A DNA stretch of 64,000 nucleotides from Macrostomum lignano (taxonomy: Eukaryota). Made by a program: the position numbers and the translations under genes. Numbering within the stretch: position 1 is the stretch's first letter; the number at the start of each line of letters is the position of its first letter. The DNA is taken from NCBI GenBank assembly GCA_002269645.1, contig NIVC01000038.1, positions 1,446,197 through 1,510,196 on the forward strand, given 5' to 3'. Under the pieces are notes generated by a model. That model had not been told where the DNA came from. It ran no database searches and saw nothing but the letters and a program-made list of their open reading frames with translations. Shown here in pieces: positions 54,667-64,000 of this stretch.

Positions 54667-55084
54667 TGTTGCAGTTTGTTTCGCGTAATTATTTTTACTT
54701 TTGAATGCACGCTAACGTGTCACGAAGTTATGAACAATCAAATAAGTGAACATTAACAGGACTATAACATCGCTCCTTTGTCACTGAATCCTCAAAAGTA
54801 GATTGGCTGCAGGTACAGCCTCAGCAGGTGGGATTATAAATGATGGTGCAGCTGTACGTCCTGCCATGACTTGCGAAATATTGTAAATCTTAAGCAATTC
54901 TAGGTTTGGGAAATCTTCAGCAGTGTAAAAGATTGCTGCCCTCCTCCCTCACTAAAACTTGCCCTAAAGTGTCTATGGCCTTTTAGGATGACGTGGCATG
55001 ACAAGTCAGCACGAATTTAAACCCTTCGTGACATGTTGGCGTGTATTCAAAAGTAAAAATAATTACGCGAAACAAACTGCAACA
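54667..55084. mobile_element. MITE with about 61-bp terminal inverted repeats (418 bp)
   Basis: TGTTGCAGTTTGTTTCGCGTAATTATTTTTACTTTTGAAT...GTCACGAAG and its reverse complement at 55024-55084 (about 3 mismatches). Flanked by AA; superfamily unclear. Confidence 0.85.
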
Positions 55085-57660
55085 AACTAACTCAAGATTA
55101 TACATGAAACTAAAGGAAGTCAAGTCGTCAAGTCAAGTTAACTTGTCACACGCTGTTGCACCTACTCATCTAACTGAGCGTCTGCTACAGAGTTCAGCAT
55201 AAAAATTATTTGTTGGCTTCCAAAAAATGCGAATAAAAATTAAATATTAGTTTAATTATCTCTGCTAAAAAGTTTAAAGCGGTTCTCATTTCTCCTGTAA
55301 CCCTACTTTAAATAAAGTATGCGTTTTCTTTTTCTATTCTTCTACCTCTTCTGCCTCCGATGAAAATTTCTAGCTTTTGATAAAAAATTTGCTTTCAAGA
55401 CATTTCCACCCTAGCTCAAACTTATGATTTTGCTTTTCGGTTATCCTGCTTCTTAGTTGGATGGTTCTTGCATGGCTTGCCAGTTATGAATTAAGAAATG
55501 TAATAAAAAAATCAATAAAGCTCTCCAATGCTGTAAACTGATTTTGTTGTATTCAGGAATACAACAAATGTCATACTGAAAACATTATAAAACGTTTAGC
55601 TGTAGTCACTTACTTACCTACATGTACATGTAATTTGCTATAGTAACTTTATACTATCTGCATGTATGCGACAGAACGTCCAGATTCAGATTGGAGAAAA
55701 CATAGTCTACAACTCAATATGTATGCATAATTCTGGGAACTGTCCGTATGTGAATTACGAATTTTTATGTAATTTGAATTCTGTTCGCGGCTATATACGA
55801 AGGAAAATCTTTTTCCTTCCCGCCGTGCTCAAGTATATATATACATATATACGACGGGGCTAAAGTATGACTCAACAGACTAGACTCTTGTGTCTAGACA
55901 GACCATAAAGTTCATGTAAACGTCTGAAGGCCTAGTTAGGGCTCTAGCCCTAAGCCCCAGCTGAGACTGCAAAAAGCCGAGACAGTAAAACTGCAAAAGG
56001 ACTTTTAACAGCTTTGTCATACAGACAGATAAACAGACAGACAGACGGCTTTTGCAGCAGCTACTTATCTACATGCACCTAGGCGCTGGGTAAATGTTTT
56101 AGCAGGCAAAATTTCGAAAAATTTTAGCAAGCCTGTTTTTCCTGTCTCCGCAGTGTAATGTTCGATGAATATTAGCCTCCAAAATTATAAAATTGCACGG
56201 CTAATGCACTGCTAGAGGTCTTGAGAAAGTGTCTGAATAATTTTACTTTACATTAAAACTGTATTAAATGCATGACATTTGACAATAACAATGGTATCGC
56301 TGCATTCTCATATGAACTTTAGAAATCATTAATTTACGATACATTATGTGGAAGTTGGGGGCTGCCACTAACAATCCAAAGAACGTTATTATTTTTAATT
56401 TCGAAATTTAATATTATTTTGCGTGACTTATTACACCACCTTTTGACCCATTCCCCGCTGTCCCCAGTTTTGGCTCTGTGTGTTCACCCTGTGCCCCAGT
56501 TGTTGGTTTAATTCGTCAGTTTCCCCCGTTCTTGCGATGGTTTTCCCACTCCTTTATCTGGTCTTTTGCGTCCCTCTTTTGGAAACTTTGTTTATCGCCC
56601 TATCTTTCCGTGTTAATTTTGTCTGTTCTTTGCTTGGTCCCCGTGACCACCTTTTGCCACCAATGTTTGACCCCATTTGTTTATCTTTTGCGTTTTTTAA
56701 TATCTAAATAATGGTGGAGCTGCCCAATTTCGTTACGCATTTCGTTCCGTTTTCCGTTCCGTTTCCCCTTTCCCGCTTTTCCGGTTTTATCCTTCCTGCC
56801 TACCCATTCAATTTAACTACTAATATTTAATCTGCCCAACTTATTTACAACTAGTGTTAAGTCGTTAATTTATCCAGTAGTGCACCGCGGCACCAGCCAA
56901 TCATCCGCCGGAGTAGGGCTCGGTCCCCTCTATTATTTGCTACTTTTAGTTCATTCCGCACACACGCCAAACTATTTATTCTCTGTTGCACTTATTAACT
57001 TAGTATCCTGTCGCTGAACTCTTAATAATAAAACAGTTGATCTGACATTAATTTTCTCATTAATAACCCGAAGCCTAGCTTATTTAGAGTCACCCGGTGT
57101 AAAAAGATAAGTCCGGAGGACCCAGATAGGACTCTGACAAGTCTTTTCCCAGCAGATGTTCAATATTTTTTTATTCTTCTGAAATCAGAAATTCTGTCTG
57201 GCCATGTCCAGTTTGCAGTTTCAAAACCACCAAAAGTACCTATGAGGGTGTTCTTTTTGTGAGTCCGCATTCAGTCCTCTTGGTACTGATGTTTTTTTCT
57301 GAGTCCGTTGCCGGTCCTTTCTAATGGGATTATTTTTAAAAATAAAATTTAAGATCCATAAACAGCATAAACAGCCCAGAATAGCATGAACAAGTTGGTG
57401 GCGAATTCCATTGTTTAATAAATTGATTCTATTTAATTACCATCAGTCCTATCTGAGTCGCCAGCCACCCTATGCATCGGCCCTCACAATTCGTGTCTTA
57501 AAGAAGACTTAAGGTGCTACTGTAAGTAGCATTAGTAGCGAAACATTAGTAGCTAATATAAAATGTATGTTTACAATTACATTCGATCAAAAAGAGTAAT
57601 TAAATCATATTAAAATTTTTATACTTTTTCTCACCAAAGACAACAAAAAAGTATACATTA

Positions 57661-58200
57661 TAGGGGCGCCATAATACACACTAGAGGGGCGCCATAATGC
57701 ACACTAGAGGGGCGCCATAATGCACACTAGAGGGGCGCCAAAATGCACACTAGAGGGGCGCCATAATGCACACTAGAGGGGCGTTATAATACACACTAGA
57801 GGGGCGCCATAATACACACTAGAGGGGCGCCATAATACACACTAGAGGGGCGCCATAATACACACTAGAGTGGCGCCATAATACACACTAGAGTGGCGCC
57901 ATAGTACACACTAGAGGGGCGCCATAATACACACTAGAGGGGCGCCATAATACTTACTAGATGGGTGCCATAGTACACACTAGAGGGGCGCCATAGTACA
58001 CACTAGAGGGGCGCCATAATACACACTAGAGGGGTGCCATAATACACACTAGAGGGGCGCCATAATACTTACTAGATGGGTGCCATAATATACACTAGAG
58101 GGGTGCCATAATACACACTAGAGGGGCGCCATAATACTTACTAGATGGGTGCCATAATACACACTAGAGGGCGCCATAATACTTACTAGATGGGTGCCAT
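57661..58200. repeat. 23-bp minisatellite (CTAGAGGGGCGCCATAATACACA), about 23 copies
   Basis: Direct periodicity with GAGGGG/GAGTGG/GATGGG variants. Confidence 0.97.
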
Positions 58201-59084
58201 ATCTGCAACAGAAATGTTTCTACGAGTATTTCTGCACACAAGAGAAGCCTCCTGGCATGACGTAAAATTTGATGTTTTTGCTTGTTCTGAAAAATGCGTA
58301 CTTTTAACCCTTTAATTTTAAAGGCTCAAAATGTTTCAAATATTTTAAGTTTGTTTAACACTTTTCCTTTTTGCAAGACCAATGATCCCTGAGTCATTGG
58401 ACAGTAGGGTTGTAAGCTGGTTTGTTTGATCGAAAGAAGCAAAATTTTATCTGTGTAGGCCAGTGAGCGCTTCATCATTTTCACTATAAAAAATCTGGGA
58501 AACTGGAGAGGCAGTCAATTACGATTTTTGAGATGAGCTCGAAACATTCGAAGAGCAGTCAGTAGTGTAAAGAGCAGTGAGATGTTGAGAATATATTTGC
58601 TTTAAAAAAGCAGTAAATTGAAATAAGGTTGAACCAGATCTGAGTTTTCTCCGTGGTCTGGACTCTGGTGCCTCCTATCAGCCGTGTGTAATTAAGGCAC
58701 AGCCAATCAATCTCCACGATTCTCCAGTTTCTACATTCAGACTTCAGAGCTTCATACCACATGCCCACAGGGTTTTGACTTCGAGTTGTAAAAGACGATC
58801 GCAAAGAACTATGTGGTGAGAATATTTGTAGGTGGATGTGGGCGCCCAGCTGGAGTTTTCCCACTGACTCGGGTCGGGGATTCACTATTCAGAAAGATAG
58901 AAGGAACTAGGATGATCTAGTGACACTAAAACTGTCATGAGAACACAGACGCATCGATACGTTCGTGAATGTATTTATTAATCTAGAACGGGAGGGCAAA
59001 CTTTGACCTCTTCATCCGGCCCTTGGGTCCTTAGATACTTTGGAATGGCAGTCCGGCCCGCTCAAGTTCTCAGTTATCCCGCTC

Positions 59085-59425
59085 TCCTCTCTCCTCTCCT
59101 CTCCTCTCTTCTCCTCCTCTCCTCTCCTCTCCTCCTCTCCTCTCCTCTCCTCCTCTCCTCTCCTCTCTCTCCTCCTCTCCTCTCCTCTCCTCTCCTCCTC
59201 TCCTCTCCTCTCCTCCTCTCCTCTCCTCTCCTCCTCTCCTCTCCTCTCTTTCCTCCTCTCCTCTCCTCTCCTCTCTCTCCTCTCCTCTCTTCTCCTCCTC
59301 TCCTCTCCTCTCCTCTCCTCCTCTCCTCTCCCTCTCCTCCTCTCCTCTCCTCTCCTCCTCTCCTCTCTCCACTCCTCTCTCCTCTCCTCTCCTCTCCTCT
59401 TTTATCTCCTTTCTTCTCACTCATC
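59085..59425. repeat. (CTCCT/CTC)n pure polypyrimidine microsatellite
   Basis: Seen directly. ORFs 59003-59516 are artefacts. Confidence 0.97.
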
Positions 59426-60204
59426 TCTTGAAGCCAGTAGTCTAGCCGCTAGAACTGAACTAATATCTAGGTTAAAGTTATATGTTTGTTTACTTTATGG
59501 GAGTATGGGATACTGAGTTGGAACAGAGAAGGAATCGTTTCAAAGGCCTGTTTGATCGCCGTAATCGCAAACACGCGGGCAGTGTGTGGTGGGGTACATG
59601 TATCAATTTTATTTCGAACTGAATTGCAAGGACCAACGACCAACTCCTGTGGAGGAGTAAAACAAGGCCTCTTGAGCCTCTCAATCCTTCGACATTTTAT
59701 TGCCCCACCACCCCAACGAGACAGCTGCCTCCTCTGCCTCAGCGGTCTCGGGGGTTACAACCCGCCCGATAAGAAAAAGGCTTTTTTTCGAACCTCTTTG
59801 TTTGATTTATAGGCCAAGGGTTCAGAGACCATGAATACAATATGGCTATAAAAATATATAGAAATAGCTAGATATGGCTATAAATATTGTTTTGATACGT
59901 TAAAAATCGACTATTGACAGTTCCCGGGATTGCAAACCCTAACTCATAGCCTCTCCCTTATTCTCTTTCCTTTCCACTCTCATATGCCCACAGCCATGAG
60001 CTGAATTCTTTATCTGGCCCTGGACATGGACTCCTAAAAAAGCATCAGAAGTGCTAGCTCTAGAAGTCCTGGAGGTAAAAAAGTTGCCGACCCCAGATCT
60101 GGAATAATGGTAAAAGTCGGGTTAGATAATCTCATCTATTCATTCATGATTTTCCTGTCCCACGGAACTCTGAAAAAAAGAAACTGAAGATACGAAATCC
60201 GGAT

Positions 60205-60382
60205 CAGTGGCGTAGCCAGGATTTTCTTCTGCGGAGGGGGTCACAGTAACAGGCTCACAGCGGCAACCGGGGCAGGGGGTGCTAGGCCTCTGCGACGGAA
60301 GAGGGGGGTGCTCGAAAATTTCGAAAATTTGGCCTGGATTAGCCGGCTGGGTCATGATCCCCCCGCCTTGGCTACGCCCCTG
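60205..60382. mobile_element. MITE with CAGTGGCGTAGCCAGG-type TIRs (178 bp), probably hAT-related
   Basis: CAGTGGCGTAGCCAGG ... CCTTGGCTACGCCCCTG. No clean TSD seen. Confidence 0.8.
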
Positions 60383-60985
60383 CCGATCAAGCCTCCTTTA
60401 TAGCAAATGTGGCTGTGTCCAGATTACGCAGTATTGAAATGAACTTTGCTTGCCTTACAGAATCGAAGAAAGAATAACAGGAGCGGGTGTGAGTTGTTAA
60501 AAGTTTTAGAAGGTATTAAAGAAAATTTTCTGTTTTCTGGAGAAGGCTTTCCGAGAAAAAGTTCTGAAATGCCTACTTGAATTTGAATCAGTTTCAGTTT
60601 TTCTTCGTTTGGGCATTGTTTAGAAGTTCTTGTTCGAATAAAAAATCACAAATTTGTTGCTTGATAATACAACTCAATTCAATACGAGTTGATTCAATTA
60701 TTACTGAAGAAAACCCTTCTCGGAATGAATGTGACGAAAGGCCCAGGACAGGAAGGAAGAAGAGGATTGAGAGCCAAGAGGATTGGGGAGCGCCGGAGCG
60801 GGACGGGAGGGAATAGGAGGCAGGCAAGAGGTAAGGAAGAATTTCTATTGGCTGCAGAGATGGCTTTGACTTTGACTCTTAGAACATATAACCAAGACTT
60901 AGACCGTCGTCTGGTCTAGACAGGCATCAAAATCCCATTTCCACCCATTTCTATTCAATTCAATTACTTTTTGACTTGAATCTCA

Positions 60986-63224
60986 ATGGAAGGCATCCGA
61001 TTCCTGGTGTTCTTCATGCGGGACAAACAAGTACTGGAGTTATCTGGCAACAGCGTCTCTCTAGGAGAGTTCCAAGACTTCACAAGAGACGACTGGGAGC
61101 AGTTTGGTGAAGTCGAAGAGAACCGATATAGCGAGGAGCAAATAGAAATCCGAGCGGAGTATGAGGACGACTGGTATTCCGCAGTCGTTTTGCAAGTTGT
61201 CTTGGATGCTGAAACGGACACGGACCCCACAATTAAATTCATTAGAGAATTAATCGAGCAGAAGAAAAGCGTGGAAGGAATTCTTCGGTCGGTTCCACGT
61301 GTGAACAAGGGCGGAAGGAACCGTTTCGTCAGTATGAAGGTAAGCTAGAATCTACTTTGTCGACTTAATAAGTTAAGTAAATATTCTACATGTCTAACTA
61401 CTAGCGGTTAGCAAGCAGAAATTATTAATACTTTTTAATCGAAAGATTAAAGCATACATCTACAACTCCAACCCATGCAGTACATTGCTACGTCAGCCGA
61501 CGAAGAAAACAGCAGCACCGATCGGCGGCTTCGGAAGTCGGGGCGCCCAACCGCCTCAACGTCGCTCAATGCGGAACCAGTAGCTCTTCCAGCGCTCAAC
61601 ACTGCATTGCTACCAGCAAGGCTTGGTGCGACAAGTGAGATGGGGACTCCAAGAGCTGTGGTGGCGCCGCCGCCGGCGGTACCTTCTATGCTGACGCCCA
61701 CAGCAGCGCCTACGTCGACGCTCACAGCAGCGCCTAAGCCGACGCTCACAGCAGCGCCTACGCCGACACTCACAGCAGCGCCTACGCCGACACTCACAGC
61801 AGCGCCTACGCCGACACCATGCGCTGATTCAGTGACGCCAAAGCCGACGTACACACCGCGAAGCGTCGACGGTGAAGGCTTAGATGGCGACTGCGGCATC
61901 GACAGGCTCCATCCAGCTGCAGTGCTTCACATTCGTCAGTACCTGTCCAGTGTCGGAATCGACGCAGAGTCGGCAAGTGATGTTGCACATCTAACAATGC
62001 TGGCTGCTCGCCGCAGTTGCGACGCAGTTCGTCGCATCAAGCAGCTAGAGGATCGGATGCTGCCCTCCTCGAAGGCATCGCAGCTTCATTTGCTAGTCGC
62101 ACAACTACCAGCAACACCGTCCACATTTCGAGCCTATAGACTCCTGGGCGGAGTACATCAAGTTTGTCTCATCAAGGCAGTTGCAGTCTAGCCTTGTAAG
62201 CAGTATTACGTTATTTTGCAACTATATTTAATTTGCAACCATTGGCCTTATGTACGAGCTAGATCGAATTAACTATCATAAGCTAATACCCTTTCCCTTT
62301 GCAATAATACAGTTATTTTAACTCAGTAATACTAGCTCTTACTACTACTACGAGTAGTACACTTATAAGTTATTCCTCAAACCGTATTTTAACAGGGGCC
62401 TCATCTGTTAAGTTGCCGGTGCGATACGCTGTCGGAAACGGTCCGCCGGATGATGAATAAGTGTCTAGCGCCACGAATGCAGGTCGTTGTGAACTGGAGT
62501 GGCCGAGGCATGCTTGAGAAATGCCGGACGGAAGTGTTGGGCTGCCTAATGATAGAGGACCAACTTGCTTTTGAGAATGCCAAGCAAGTTTTCATAGGTA
62601 AGAGTACTGTGGCTATACTCTTGCTTTATTTATTGTCCAAATCCATTCCCGCTCTGACGCTTGCTTACTTAAGTATAAAAAATCAAATATAAAAACAAGA
62701 AATTTAGGAAACCTATGAGCGTATTACTGAATGAAAAAGCAGAAAAGGAAGAAAGAAAAGACATTTAGGTAAAATCTGTTACTCTACTCTACTATTTACT
62801 TAAAGTAGGCAGTATGAAATTATAAACTTCACACCCTATAAAAATTTAAAGTTCTGCCTCCCTAATTCATTCTCAGACGCCCGTGGCCGACATGTTTCCG
62901 CCAGATCCTGTCACGAAGAAGGTCGTGTTCACGGAAAAACAGGTTGAGGCGGCAATAATTGCCGTCCTAAGGCATGCTAGTGAGCGGAATGAAGCCAAAT
63001 TAAAGCGGCTAAAGGTGGCCACGGAATTAGCCGCAGCGTCTGCAGCCACTTCCAGCTCTGCCACCTCCAGTTCCGCGGCCTCCGCTACTGCTCAAGTGCC
63101 CAAGGCTCGCCGCAAAACCTTCGCAAGATCAACAAGAAAAGAGAGCAACGTCAAGATAGCTCGGCCTCGCATCCTCAGTGATGATGAGTTCAACTGTGAG
63201 GACGAATCAGATATGGAGTACTGA
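60986..63224 (+). pseudogene. Four-exon DUF4806-like (BEN-related) gene, typical transposon accessory ORF; at least one frameshift
   Basis: Exons 60986-61339, 61481-62161, 62396-62597 and 62877-63224 (GT-AG). TLSETVRRMMNKCLAPRMQVVVNWSGRG and TEKQVEAAIIAVLRHASER fit DUF4806 as I recall it. TLTAAPTP 24-nt repeats at 61700-61820. An extra C near 62881 shifts the last exon. Confidence 0.65.
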
Positions 63225-64000
63225 AGTTACTGAACCAACGAATGACACTACGTGTTTCTTAAAATTGCCTAATTGTATTTCGCAAATTGCGATTTCGTAA
63301 TGGTATTTTGTATTTGTATTTGTACTTCTATCTTGTATTTTGCATTTAGTGTATGATTTTCATTTTTAGTATATGGGATTATCGTGTTCATTTCGTGTTT
63401 AATACTATAGCCACAGTAATACTATAATCAGTTATAATCAGTTATTACATTATTAAAATGGAGCTGACGTTCTAATTTATTCACAATGTATGGTAACCAT
63501 TACTTCCTTTGTCAACATCTTCAAAAAAATAAAATATCCTCGAGAAATTAAATTCCACAATTCGGCACAAATGCTTAACTGCTTACTTATAGTAGTCAGA
63601 TGAAAATCGAAAGATGAGAGTCCTATTCAGATCCGCCGTGAGCTTGAAATCTGGGTCTGGCGGACTCAGACCACTTTATACCTAAACATATCAGTTGGAG
63701 GCTGACGAATCAGTGTCCGCCGGATTATTTTTTCAACACCGGGCATTTGCCCGTGGGGCGTAAAACAACCCAGTCTCATCTCAAAGCAAGCTCTGAGACC
63801 CCAACGTTCCGTAATACGCAAAAATTACGGTGGTGTCAGCGCAACTCTACTGTTAGTAACAAGTTAAGTCAAGCATACGAGATACGTTAAATTCGGTGTC
63901 TGAGGACCCGCTCTGAACGCTCGCGCCAACGAAGACCGCTCGCCTACGACTAAAACTACCCTCCCCCAGGATTGAGGACCCCGGGCAGTCGGAGTATCTG

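Noticed and set aside
56340-57050. Second solo LTR ending ...AATAAAACAGTTGATCTGACA
   Set aside because: No matching 5' TG end with a 4-6 bp TSD could be identified.
160-58200. Regularly spaced repeats as possible CRISPR arrays
   Set aside because: All arrays are contiguous tandem repeats without unique spacers, there are no cas genes, and the context is eukaryotic.
59497-59772. Possible degenerate exon (WDTELEQRRNRFKGLFDRRNRKH...)
   Set aside because: No consistent splice model and no recognisable domain.

Overview
This is a repeat-saturated eukaryotic (invertebrate metazoan-type) genomic window with GT-AG introns, SINEs, LINEs, LTR elements and MITEs. I found no rRNA, true tRNA gene or CRISPR array, and most ORFs in the six-frame track are artefacts of tandem repeats or antisense reading of TE coding sequence. 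The left end holds the probable 3' end of a plus-strand gene and a complete 7-exon minus-strand host gene (about 455 aa, 2276-8101) that includes an 8-nt micro-exon. Its introns carry minisatellites, a tRNA-derived CORE-type SINE and an internally deleted Tc1. From 9.4 to 31 kb is a nest of mobile elements: four RNase H-bearing Ingi/I-group LINE fragments next to (CAG/CTG)n tracts; a decayed Polinton/Maverick (pPolB, major capsid, cysteine protease, plus a TBP-like ORF); a very young 8956-bp Ty3/Gypsy element whose Gag carries a cold-shock domain between zinc knuckle and protease; and a decayed intron-containing C2H2-zinc-finger/tyrosine-recombinase gene followed by a PWWP ORF. From 34.7 to 48.4 kb, three Jockey/I-group-like LINEs are stacked head-to-tail with 18-bp duplications at the junctions, and two of them encode an AlkB (ALKBH2/3-like) dioxygenase at the front of ORF1. 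The right third is low-complexity DNA, MITEs, a KDM3-like JmjC exon fragment and a spliced DUF4806-like transposon accessory gene. All family assignments come from motif recognition by eye; no database search was run.
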